Below the pieces are notes generated by a model that worked only from the letters and a program-made list of their open reading frames with translations, was not told the DNA's origin and did no database searches. A stretch of DNA of 33,989 bases, taken from Cytophagaceae bacterium. Lineage in GTDB: Bacteria; Bacteroidota; Bacteroidia; Cytophagales; Cytophagaceae. Each line of letters starts with the position of its first letter. Position 1 is the first letter of the stretch. Positions 9,453 through 17,937 of this stretch are shown here, piece after piece. The position numbers and the translations under genes are program-made. The stretch lies in NCBI GenBank assembly GCA_045805025.1, contig JBJMLY010000037.1:1-33989 (forward strand), read 5' to 3'.

Positions 9453-9585
9453 CTAATCCAGGTCCTTCCTTCGTCAGGATGACACCCCTATCTATTCTCT
9501 GCACCACACCCTGCACTCACGACCTAATGGCTAAAACCATATCTAAGCACTCAACACCTCTACCCTAAGCACTGTGCACAGAGCA

Positions 9586-11247
9586 CTAATCCCCCATCCT
9601 CACCCTCTCCACCTTCAATCCATCCATCGCATTGGCAGGAAAGTCTGAAATATTTTTCTGAGAAAGCCTTAACAAGGCATCGTAATATAAAACGATCACA
9701 GGCGCTTCGTCGACCACGATCTGATCCATCTGGCGGTAGAGTTCGTAACGCTTTTCTTCATCCCCCTCCTGCTGCGACTGCTCATAGAGCTTGTCAAATT
9801 CATCGCTTTTAAAATGCGTGCGGTTGGGACCTGCAGGCGAAAAATTTCTACTGTAGAATAAGACCAGGTAATTTTCAGGATCGGGGTAATCGGCTACCCA
9901 GGCAGAACGGAAAATTTTGGCAATTCCTTTATCGATCATTTCAATATGAGTCGGAAAGGCATTCATTTCGATCGTCACCTTTACCCCGATATTGCTCCAC
10001 TGCTTCTGAAGAAATTCAGCCAGGTCCCGGTAGGTTGGATTTACATAGAGGATCATCTCCGGAAAATGCTTTCCGTAACCCGCTTCGTGCAGCAACTTGT
10101 GCGCTCTTTCAATATCAAACTTCACGCCCTTTACCTGATGTCCCCGCATCAGCATGGGCGGAATGATGCCAGCATGTCCGGGTACACCCAGATCGCTGCG
10201 CAGAAAGCCTATAAGTTCATCCCTGTTGATCGAACAGCTCAGAGCCTGCCTCACCCTTTTGTCCAGTAAAGGATGCTTTCCTGTATAGAATTTGGTGTCG
10301 AGCTGTAGTCCTATATATTCTGTACTGAGATACGGAATTCTGACCACATTAAATTTCCCCTCTATATCCTTTTTTACTTTTCCATCCGGCTGCAGAATCT
10401 GTTCGCGCACGCTTTCTTCCGTAACACTCAACATATCGAGATTACCGGCATAGAAGTTCCGGTAAGTCTGCTGCATGTCCCCGATAAAGGATATTTTAAT
10501 GCCATCGATATAAGGCAGGCTCTCTCCCTTCTCATCCTTCTTCCAATAATCGGGATTCTTCTCAAAGAGCAAGGCGTTGCCTTCGTCCCATCGCTTAAAC
10601 CGGAAAGGTCCGGTACCGATAGGGTTTCTACGGAAGTCTTTCGCATGTTTTTCAATTCCTTCTTTGGGCAGCACAAAGGCAAAGGGCATGCAGAGTATTT
10701 CCAGAAAAGGCGGAAAAGGTTTGTCCAGGTAAATGGCAAAGGTGTAATCATCCACTGCTTTGAAGCAGGTGTCAGAGAAATTGCCATGCTTATCCCGCAG
10801 GACTTTATCGTTAAAGACCCAGGCACCCGGACTGGCTGTATTCGGATCGATGATCCTTTTAAAGCTGTATTCAAAATCAGAGGCTTTGACTTCGCGTCCT
10901 TTTCCGTCGGGAAAGACTTCGGAATCATGAAAGCGGATACCTTTACGCAGGTAAAACGTGTATTTTTTCTGATCTTCGGAAACCGTCCACTTTTCAGCCA
11001 GCGAAGACACGGGCTTTAAGCTGTCGTCAAATTCCAGCAAACCGTTAAAGAGCTGAGATACAGCCCAGGTGTTGGCCTGATTTTTGGCCTGGGCGGGATC
11101 CAGAGAGCTCAGGCCTTCTGCCTGGTTGTATCTGAAAACCTTGAGCTTAGCTTTCCGGTCCGATTTTTTTCCACAGGAGCTCGGTGCAAAACTTGTGAAT
11201 ACAAGTATAAAACATGTGAATAAAGGCAGGATAAGTTGTCTGAACAT
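9586..11247 (-). CDS. ABC transporter substrate-binding protein, family 5 (peptide/nickel type), probable lipoprotein
   Basis: 553-aa ORF with a signal peptide ending ...FAPSSC. Length and motifs (LSSLDPA, KWTVSED, GTGPFRFKRW, PDYW) are typical of OppA/DppA-like SBP_bac_5 proteins. No permease or ATPase genes are nearby. Confidence 0.8.
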   Translation of the reverse strand: MFRQLILPLFTCFILVFTSFAPSSCGKKSDRKAKLKVFRYNQAEGLSSLDPAQAKNQANTWAVSQLFNGLLEFDDSLKPVSSLAEKWTVSEDQKKYTFYLRKGIRFHDSEVFPDGKGREVKASDFEYSFKRIIDPNTASPGAWVFNDKVLRDKHGNFSDTCFKAVDDYTFAIYLDKPFPPFLEILCMPFAFVLPKEGIEKHAKDFRRNPIGTGPFRFKRWDEGNALLFEKNPDYWKKDEKGESLPYIDGIKISFIGDMQQTYRNFYAGNLDMLSVTEESVREQILQPDGKVKKDIEGKFNVVRIPYLSTEYIGLQLDTKFYTGKHPLLDKRVRQALSCSINRDELIGFLRSDLGVPGHAGIIPPMLMRGHQVKGVKFDIERAHKLLHEAGYGKHFPEMILYVNPTYRDLAEFLQKQWSNIGVKVTIEMNAFPTHIEMIDKGIAKIFRSAWVADYPDPENYLVLFYSRNFSPAGPNRTHFKSDEFDKLYEQSQQEGDEEKRYELYRQMDQIVVDEAPVIVLYYDALLRLSQKNISDFPANAMDGLKVERVRMGD

Positions 11248-11321
11248 TTCTATATTAACATTTTATTAAGGCCTATATTTGTGAATTCCGTACAGGTAAA
11301 AAACAGAATAAAAATCGGTTC

Positions 11322-12002
11322 ATGGAAGTTACATATTATGGTCATTCCTGCTTTTTAGTCGACATAGGCGGCTTCAGGGTACTTTTTGATCCTTATATCA
11401 CTCCCAATCCGAAAGCTTCAAATATAGATATTAATACGATTGAGGCCGATTATATTCTTTTATCGCATGGGCATTTCGACCATATTACGGATGCTGAAAG
11501 CATTGCCAAAAGAACCGGGGCGACCATCCTGGCCAATTATGAAATTGTAACCTGGCTGGGTAAGAAAGGTTTGGAAAATACGGTAGCCATGAATATCGGC
11601 GGCAAAGTGATCATGGATTTTGCGATCGTTAAAATGGTGAATGCGGTACATTCGAGTCAGCTTCCTGATGGTTCATACGGAGGTGCAGCAGCCGGATTTA
11701 TCATCGAAACCGGTCAAGGCACGTTCTATTATTCGGGAGATACCGCTCTTCATATGGATATGAAGCTGATCGCAGATATGAATAAGATCGATTTTGCGTT
11801 TATGTCAATAGGCGATACACTAACGATGGACATAAGGGATGCAGTGGTCGCGGCAGGCTTTATTAATACGAAGAAAATCATAGGCATGCATTTCGATACA
11901 TGGCCTAATTTAGAAATTGACCATGAACAAGCAGGTTTATGGGCAAGCAGCAGGATGGTAGAACTCTATCTTCCTGAAATAGGTGAAACAATTAAAATGT
12001 AA
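11322..12002 (+). CDS. Metal-dependent hydrolase, UPF0173 / beta-lactamase-fold family
   Basis: 226-aa ORF with YYGHSCFLV, the metallo-beta-lactamase motif LLSHGHFDH, and YYSGDTAL. Confidence 0.85.
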   Translation: MEVTYYGHSCFLVDIGGFRVLFDPYITPNPKASNIDINTIEADYILLSHGHFDHITDAESIAKRTGATILANYEIVTWLGKKGLENTVAMNIGGKVIMDFAIVKMVNAVHSSQLPDGSYGGAAAGFIIETGQGTFYYSGDTALHMDMKLIADMNKIDFAFMSIGDTLTMDIRDAVVAAGFINTKKIIGMHFDTWPNLEIDHEQAGLWASSRMVELYLPEIGETIKM

Positions 12003-12007
12003 TAAAC

Positions 12008-12784
12008 ATGGGCAAGATCATCGCAATCGCAAATCAGAAAGGTGGAGTTGGAAAAACCACTACAGCCATCAACCTGGCAGCAAGCCTGGCAGCATTGGAG
12101 CAAAAAACGCTATTGGTGGATGCAGATCCGCAGGCAAATTCGACTTCCGGACTTGGCTACGATCCAAGAAAGATCAAGGACGGTATTTATGAATGCATGA
12201 TCGACGGCATTGAAGTGGGCGGCCTGATCAGAAACACAACCGTTCCGTTTCTGGACCTGATCCCTTCCAACATCGAGCTGGTTGGTGCCGAGGTCGAAAT
12301 GATCAACCTTTCCGGCAGAGAGCAGAAGATGAAGGATGTTCTTCAGAAAGTAAAAGACAATTACGACTATGTAATTATCGATTGCTCACCATCCCTTGGT
12401 TTGATTACCGTCAACGCCCTGGTAGCTGCCGATTCAGTACTGGTACCGGTTCAGTGCGAATACTTCGCATTGGAAGGACTCGGTAAATTACTGCACACCA
12501 TTCGACTGATCCAGTCCAAACTAAACCCTGAACTTGAGATCGAAGGAATTCTTCTTACCATGTACGACATGAGAATACGCCTGTCAAATCAGGTGGTGGA
12601 CGAAGTTAAAACACACTTCCAGGACCTTGTTTTCAATACCATCATCCCAAGAAACATCAGACTCAGTGAATCGCCAAGCTTCGGTTTGCCGGCTATTGCG
12701 CATGATGCCGAAAGCAAAGGAGCGATCAGTTACCTGAACCTTGCACAGGAGATCATGGAAAAAAACGGGGTGGCGGTCGCCTAG
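12008..12784 (+). CDS. parA: Chromosome partitioning ATPase ParA/Soj
   Basis: 258-aa ORF with the deviant Walker [12 protein letters not shown], plus DADPQANST and IIDCSPSLG. It lies immediately upstream of parB. Confidence 0.93.
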   Translation: MGKIIAIANQKGGVGKTTTAINLAASLAALEQKTLLVDADPQANSTSGLGYDPRKIKDGIYECMIDGIEVGGLIRNTTVPFLDLIPSNIELVGAEVEMINLSGREQKMKDVLQKVKDNYDYVIIDCSPSLGLITVNALVAADSVLVPVQCEYFALEGLGKLLHTIRLIQSKLNPELEIEGILLTMYDMRIRLSNQVVDEVKTHFQDLVFNTIIPRNIRLSESPSFGLPAIAHDAESKGAISYLNLAQEIMEKNGVAVA

Positions 12785-12815
12785 TACCGCCCCCAATTAA
12801 AAATCAATAACGAAC

Positions 12816-12844
12816 AAAGCATAGGGCCTCCGGCTTTATGCTTT
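12816..12844 (+). other. Intercistronic stem-loop between parA and parB
   Basis: aaagcata (12816-12823) pairs with tatgcttt (12837-12844). An inner gcc/ggc stem and two G-U pairs extend the helix around a 3-nt loop. It is followed by aatcttt rather than a clean T tract. Confidence 0.4.
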
Positions 12845-12857
12845 AATCTTTAAAAAA

Positions 12858-13763
12858 ATGAGCGATAAGAAAACACCTGGTAAGAGAAATGCACTGGGCA
12901 GAGGACTGTCTGCACTGATCGACGACAGCGATCTGAAGATGGAAAAAAAGCAGGAAGCCGATGCGGTAGCCAAATCTCTGAACGAAATACCTCTGGAAAA
13001 TATCGAGGTAAATCCTTTTAACCCCAGGACCCATTTCGACCAGGATGCCCTGAAAGAGCTGTCTGATTCCATTAAATTACAGGGGATCATCCAGCCGATC
13101 ACGGTCAGACAACTATCGCTCAACAAATACCAGCTGATATCGGGAGAAAGAAGATTCCAGGCTTCCAAACTGGCCGGACTAAAATCGGTACCTGCCTATA
13201 TCAGAACTGCTGACGACCAGCAGATGCTGGAAATGGCCCTGATCGAGAACATCCAGCGTGAAAACCTGAATGCGCTTGAAATAGCTCTCAGCTATCAAAG
13301 ACTGATCAGCGAATGTAACCTGAAGCAGGAAGAACTGGGAGACCGCGTCAGCAAGAACAGAACCACTGTCAATAACTACCTGAGACTTTTAAAGCTCCCT
13401 CCGGATATTCAGGCCGCTCTCAGAGATAATAAAATCAGCATGGGACATGCCCGCGCCATCATTAATGTGGAGAATGTGGACGTACAGCTGGCTATTTTTA
13501 AAAAGATCATCAGCGAAGACCTGTCGGTAAGAAAAGCGGAGGAACTGGCCCGGGATATGGGTAAAGTACCTGAGAAAAAGCCTTCTAAAGAAACAAAAAG
13601 TTCTTCCGTAAGTTATGAAATCCAGAATCTGCAGAATAAATTGTCTTCGCATTTCGGGACAAAGGTCCACCTGAAAGCCGATCAGGAGAATAAAGGGGAA
13701 ATTAAAATCCCTTTTGTATCCGTCGAGGACCTGAACAGAATCCTGGAAATTCTTAACTTGTAA
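12858..13763 (+). CDS. parB: Chromosome partitioning protein ParB/Spo0J
   Basis: 301-aa ORF with the ParB box GLSALI, NPFNPR, IQPITVR, the arginine patch ISGERRFQAS and an HTH region (QEELGDRVSKNRTTVNNYLRLLKL). Confidence 0.93.
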   Translation: MSDKKTPGKRNALGRGLSALIDDSDLKMEKKQEADAVAKSLNEIPLENIEVNPFNPRTHFDQDALKELSDSIKLQGIIQPITVRQLSLNKYQLISGERRFQASKLAGLKSVPAYIRTADDQQMLEMALIENIQRENLNALEIALSYQRLISECNLKQEELGDRVSKNRTTVNNYLRLLKLPPDIQAALRDNKISMGHARAIINVENVDVQLAIFKKIISEDLSVRKAEELARDMGKVPEKKPSKETKSSSVSYEIQNLQNKLSSHFGTKVHLKADQENKGEIKIPFVSVEDLNRILEILNL

Positions 13764-13764
13764 G

Positions 13765-14340
13765 ATGTTCAGATATCTTCTTCTCCTGTTTTTTTCCCTC
13801 ACAATCGCCTCTGCTACACAGGCACAGGACAAACCTACAAAGGAAGAACAGAAGAAGATCCGCAGACTTAACTCCAAATCGAGAAAAGCCGCCATCCTGT
13901 CTGCCCTGGCTCCCGGAGCAGGACAGCTCTACAATAAAAAATACTGGAAGGCTCCTATTGTATGGATAGGATTGGGCGCCACCGGCTATCTGTATTACAA
14001 GAACAGCACTTCTTTTCACGCATTTAAAGACGAATACCACAAGGTCAGTGGCAATTCCGGTTATATATCCGACACCATCATCAATGGCTATCATACGTTT
14101 GGAAGAAGTGCCGACCAGCTGGCCCGGGAAAGAGACTCCTACCGATACTACAGAGACCTGGATCTCCTGATCGGACTAGGTATTTATGCCCTGAATATTG
14201 TCGATGCCAGCGTCGATGCCCACCTGAAAGAATTTGACATCAACGACAACCTCTCACTAAAGGTAAAACCGCTTTTATATGCGAATTTAAATCGCCAATT
14301 TACAGCCGGTTTAACACTAAATTTCCGATTTAAGAAATGA
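13765..14340 (+). CDS. DUF5683-family protein (signal peptide, conserved parB neighbour)
   Basis: 191-aa ORF with a signal peptide (…ASATQAQ) and the motif LSALAPGAGQLYNKKYWKAPIVWIGLG typical of DUF5683. It starts 1 nt after the parB stop and ends in an ATGA overlap with dapB. Confidence 0.75.
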   Translation: MFRYLLLLFFSLTIASATQAQDKPTKEEQKKIRRLNSKSRKAAILSALAPGAGQLYNKKYWKAPIVWIGLGATGYLYYKNSTSFHAFKDEYHKVSGNSGYISDTIINGYHTFGRSADQLARERDSYRYYRDLDLLIGLGIYALNIVDASVDAHLKEFDINDNLSLKVKPLLYANLNRQFTAGLTLNFRFKK

Positions 14341-15059
14341 AAATTCTGATTCTGGGCTATGGCAAAATGGGTAAGACCATCGAGCAGATAGCACTTCACC
14401 GCAAGCACAGCGTTCCGCATAAAATCGATGTCAGCAATAAAGAAGAGCTTTCAACGCTAGACAATAAAGCCGTGGATGTAGCCATTGAATTTTCACAGCC
14501 GGAAAGCGCTTACAACAACATCAGATATTGCCTGGAACACGGCATTCCTGTCGTTTCGGGAACAACCGGTTGGCTGGACAAGAAAAAAGAGATTGAAGAG
14601 ATCTGCAAAAAGAATAACGGAGCATTTTTCTATGCTTCCAATTACAGTGTGGGTGTTAATCTTTTCTTCCATTTCAATAAAATGCTCGCCAAGATTATGA
14701 ATGACTATCCGCAGTATGAAGTGACGATGGAAGAAATTCATCACACACAGAAAAAGGACGCGCCCAGCGGAACAGCTATTACTTTGGCCGAAGGCGTTCT
14801 CGCTAATTTTAAGAGCAAGAACAAATGGGTAAACCAGCCAAGCAGTGCGAAGAATGAACTGTCTATTGTTTCCAAAAGGATAGACCCCTACCCGGGCGAA
14901 CATACCATAACGTATCATTCGAACGTTGATACCATTAAAATCCAGCATACTGCTCATAGCCGTGAAGGATTTGCAGAGGGCGCTGTAATTGCCGCAGAAT
15001 GGCTTTATGGTAAAAAAGGCGTGTTTGGTATGGACGATATGTTAAAGATCACTATTTAA
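14337..15059 (+). CDS. dapB: 4-hydroxy-tetrahydrodipicolinate reductase
   Basis: 240-aa ORF with the N-terminal Rossmann motif ILILGYGKMG, plus the EEIHHTQKKDAPSGTA and HSREGFAEGA motifs of DapB. Confidence 0.92.
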   Translation: MKILILGYGKMGKTIEQIALHRKHSVPHKIDVSNKEELSTLDNKAVDVAIEFSQPESAYNNIRYCLEHGIPVVSGTTGWLDKKKEIEEICKKNNGAFFYASNYSVGVNLFFHFNKMLAKIMNDYPQYEVTMEEIHHTQKKDAPSGTAITLAEGVLANFKSKNKWVNQPSSAKNELSIVSKRIDPYPGEHTITYHSNVDTIKIQHTAHSREGFAEGAVIAAEWLYGKKGVFGMDDMLKITI

Positions 15060-15070
15060 TTTCCTATAAG

Positions 15071-16156
15071 ATGAATCTGAAGTTCTGGCAGAAAAATCCA
15101 AAAAAGCCGAAAACAAAAGCAAAAGAATGGACTGATGCCATCATCTTTGCAGTCGTAGCCGCTACGTTAATCCGCTGGCTATTTCTGGAAGCTTTCACCA
15201 TCCCCACTCCTTCCATGGAGAAATCGTTGCTGGTGGGAGACTTTCTTTTTGTAAGCAAGGTTAACTATGGAGCCAGAACACCCAAAACACCTCTTCAGAT
15301 GCCGCTTACGCACCAGAAGATCTGGCTTACTGACATTCCATCGTACCTGACCTGGATACAGCTTCCCCAATACCGCTTGCCGGGCTTGTCAGAGGTAAAA
15401 AGAAACGATGTCGTGGTATTCAATTATCCGGTGGAGTTTGATTATCCGACGGACTTGAAGACCAACTATATCAAACGCTGCATCGCTATAGGAGGTGATA
15501 CGATACAGATCAAAGATATGCAGGTGTATGTCAACGGTAAGGCTGCAGAAAATCCTCCGAAATCGCAGTACAGGTATTTTGTTGTTACCAATGAGCCGAT
15601 GAAAAAGACTTTCAGAAAACTTGGCATCAGCGAATTTCAATCGGTTCAAAACGGCTTCTTTATCTGGACGACTCCTGAGACCGCTAAAGAGCTTGGCAAA
15701 AATCCGGATGTGAAAGAAGTAATACTATCGAAGAGACCGGCCAACGATCCTGAGCCCAGGATCTTCCCGAATGTTTCCAGGTTCCCATGGAACGAAGATA
15801 ATTTCGGACCTCTGTGGATTCCGAAAAAAGGGTCTACCATCAAGCTTGACACCAACAACCTGTTGATATACGGATCGGTGATTGCCAATTATGAAAACAT
15901 CGATGCGGAATATTCCGAAAAAGACAATCAGCTTCTGATCGATGGAAAACCCGTGAAAGAATACACCTTCAACCAGAATTACTATTTCATGATGGGAGAC
16001 AACCGCCACAACTCCCTTGACTCCAGATTCTGGGGCTTTGTGCCTTCAGACCACGTCGTCGGAAAGGCCCTGTTTATCTGGCTATCTGTCGAAAAAAATC
16101 CCGAGAAATGGTATAAGAAAATCCGTTGGGAGAGGTTATTTAATGTAATCCATTAA
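15071..16156 (+). CDS. lepB: Signal peptidase I
   Basis: 361-aa ORF with a TM anchor, catalytic Ser box IPTPSMEKSLLVGD, KRCIAIGGD, and the GDNRHNSLDSRFWGFVP box. Confidence 0.92.
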   Translation: MNLKFWQKNPKKPKTKAKEWTDAIIFAVVAATLIRWLFLEAFTIPTPSMEKSLLVGDFLFVSKVNYGARTPKTPLQMPLTHQKIWLTDIPSYLTWIQLPQYRLPGLSEVKRNDVVVFNYPVEFDYPTDLKTNYIKRCIAIGGDTIQIKDMQVYVNGKAAENPPKSQYRYFVVTNEPMKKTFRKLGISEFQSVQNGFFIWTTPETAKELGKNPDVKEVILSKRPANDPEPRIFPNVSRFPWNEDNFGPLWIPKKGSTIKLDTNNLLIYGSVIANYENIDAEYSEKDNQLLIDGKPVKEYTFNQNYYFMMGDNRHNSLDSRFWGFVPSDHVVGKALFIWLSVEKNPEKWYKKIRWERLFNVIH

Positions 16157-16160
16157 TTAC

Positions 16161-16177
16161 TGTCTGAATCAGGATTT
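16161..16177. repeat. Left arm of the 17-bp perfect inverted repeat bracketing the GxxExxY gene
   Basis: tgtctgaatcaggattt at 16161-16177 is the exact reverse complement of aaatcctgattcagaca at 16611-16627. It starts 5 nt after the lepB stop. Confidence 0.9.
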
Positions 16178-16204
16178 TCAGGATTAAAAGATAAAGAGGA
16201 TCTA

Positions 16205-16612
16205 ATGGAGTTGGATGAGATTACTTATCAAATAAATGGATGTGCTATGAAAGTGCATAACACATTAGGTAATGGATTTCAGGAAGTAATTTATCAAAGA
16301 TGCCTAGGCATAGATTTGGAAAAAGCTGGATTAAAATTTGGCAGAGAAATTGAACAGCAGATATATTATCACGGTTTGGAAGTAGGTACAAGAAGAGCTG
16401 ATTTTATTGTAGAAAATAAAATTGTCGTTGAACTGAAGGCATTGATAAATCTGGAAGATGTTCATCTTGCACAGGCAAAAAATTATGTAATTGCGTATGA
16501 TTTCCCAATCGGGCTATTAATTAACTTTGGAGCAAACAGCCTTCAATTCAAAAAAATATTCAATCCCAAACATCATCAAAACAATAATCCTTATAATCTA
16601 AAAATCAGGTAA
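16205..16612 (+). CDS. GxxExxY protein (PD-(D/E)XK nuclease-like superfamily)
   Basis: 135-aa ORF containing GNGFQEVIY (G-x-x-E-x-x-Y), plus RADFIVENKIVVELK (D...E-x-K-like core) and the LINFG motif characteristic of this family. Confidence 0.85.
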   Translation: MELDEITYQINGCAMKVHNTLGNGFQEVIYQRCLGIDLEKAGLKFGREIEQQIYYHGLEVGTRRADFIVENKIVVELKALINLEDVHLAQAKNYVIAYDFPIGLLINFGANSLQFKKIFNPKHHQNNNPYNLKIR

Positions 16613-16627
16613 ATCCTGATTCAGACA
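16611..16627. repeat. Right arm of the 17-bp perfect inverted repeat bracketing the GxxExxY gene
   Basis: aaatcctgattcagaca. Its first two bases overlap the last two bases of the GxxExxY stop codon (TAA 16610-16612). Confidence 0.9.
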
Positions 16628-16663
16628 ATTTAATACTAACAACTAACAACCAGCAACCAATAA

Positions 16664-17323
16664 CTACCAATCTATTTCCTTCTTCCCCATTTCCCTGAGG
16701 TATTGATTGGCTTTGCTGAAGGGTTTGGTTCCAAAAAATTTCGTCGCGGAAAAAGGTGATGGGTGCGCTGATTTAATAACGAAATGTTTTTTCTCATCGA
16801 TGATGCTTCCCTTCTTCTGTGCATAGGCTCCCCAGAGAATAAAGACCAGATTTTCCTTTTCCTTGCTGAGTACCTTGATTACTGCATCCGTAAATTCTTC
16901 CCATCCTTTCCCCTGATGCGAGCCGGCCGTATGGGCCCGAACCGTGAGGGTGGCATTCAGTAAAAATACGCCCTGCTTAGCCCAACGTTCCAGGTTGCCG
17001 TTATCAGGTATGGGCTTACCCAGATCCGCTTTAAGCTCTTTGAAAATATTTACCAGAGAAGGTGGCGGCTTTACTCCGTCATTCACCGAAAAACATAAAC
17101 CATTGGCTTGCCCGGGCCCGTGATAAGGATCCTGTCCAATGATGACAACCTCCGTCTTATCAAAGGGACAACTATCAAAGGCATTGAAAATTTTACCCTT
17201 CGGCGGATATATTGTATGATTTTTATATTCCTCCCTTACAAATTCAGTCAGTTCTTTAAAATAGTCTTTTTCAAATTCATCCTGCAGATGTTTCTTCCAG
17301 GACTCCTCAATTTTTACATCCAT
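16664..17323 (-). CDS. ung: Uracil-DNA glycosylase (family 1)
   Basis: 219-aa ORF with the catalytic water-activating loop VVIIGQDPYHGPGQANGL, plus GVFLLNATLTV and the HPSPFS leucine-loop region. Confidence 0.95.
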   Translation of the reverse strand: MDVKIEESWKKHLQDEFEKDYFKELTEFVREEYKNHTIYPPKGKIFNAFDSCPFDKTEVVIIGQDPYHGPGQANGLCFSVNDGVKPPPSLVNIFKELKADLGKPIPDNGNLERWAKQGVFLLNATLTVRAHTAGSHQGKGWEEFTDAVIKVLSKEKENLVFILWGAYAQKKGSIIDEKKHFVIKSAHPSPFSATKFFGTKPFSKANQYLREMGKKEIDW

Positions 17324-17477
17324 GTTTAATTGGAATAAGCGTGTTATAAATCATACTAAGATTCGATTTTTTCTGTTGTATTAAAAGATAAGAATGCATC
17401 AATTATAAACATTATAAGAATTAATCAATTATTTATCCAAAGAAGCAAATTCGGGATAAATATTCTCTTTGAAAAGG

Positions 17478-17508
17478 CTTGCAAAAACAAAACTATTGGT
17501 TAAATTTA
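17478..17508 (+). promoter_or_regulatory. Candidate Bacteroidota-type promoter for apaG
   Basis: cTTG (17478-17481), a 19-nt spacer, then TAAATTTA (17501-17508). This approximates the TTTG-N19-21-TAnnTTTG consensus and sits 26 nt upstream of the apaG ATG. Confidence 0.35.
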
Positions 17509-17533
17509 ACTGTCAGCAACTGGACGCAAAATT

Positions 17534-17920
17534 ATGGTTACCGAAATTACAGATGGTGTAAAAGTAAGTGTAGCTACTTCCTATCAGCCTGAATACTCAA
17601 GTCCGGCTCAATCTCATTATGTTTTCACGTACAAGATCCTGATTGAAAATTACAGTCAGAATACCATTCAGCTCCTGAAAAGACATTGGTATATTTTTGA
17701 TGCAAATGGTCTTGTCAGGGAAGTGGAAGGCGACGGCGTTGTCGGACAACAACCAACCTTAGAACCAGGGCAGCATCATGAGTATGTATCGGGCTGTAAT
17801 CTTAAAACCGAAGTAGGGAAAATGAAAGGTACCTACCTGATGGAAAGAATTGTGGACGGTAAGCAATTCAAAGTAAATATTCCCCAGTTTGTAATGGTCG
17901 TTCCTTACAAGCTCAATTAG
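17534..17920 (+). CDS. apaG: ApaG (DUF525) protein
   Basis: 128-aa ORF. The YVFTYKILIENYSQNTIQLLKRHWYIFDANG and VVGQQPTLEPG motifs are typical of ApaG. Confidence 0.9.
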   Translation: MVTEITDGVKVSVATSYQPEYSSPAQSHYVFTYKILIENYSQNTIQLLKRHWYIFDANGLVREVEGDGVVGQQPTLEPGQHHEYVSGCNLKTEVGKMKGTYLMERIVDGKQFKVNIPQFVMVVPYKLN

Positions 17921-17937
17921 CATTCCTTATTTTTTCT

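Noticed and set aside
11975-11990. Possible parS site just upstream of parA (tgaaataggtgaaaca)
   Set aside because: Only the right half (GTGAAACA) matches the TGTTTCACGTGAAACA-type consensus, giving about 11 of 16 overall. It lies inside the coding end of the hydrolase gene. No full palindromic parS was found in the window.
13389-14094. Minus-strand ORFs 13389-13895 and 13753-14094 across parB / DUF5683
   Set aside because: They are antisense to two motif-supported, tightly coupled genes. They are likely chance open frames.
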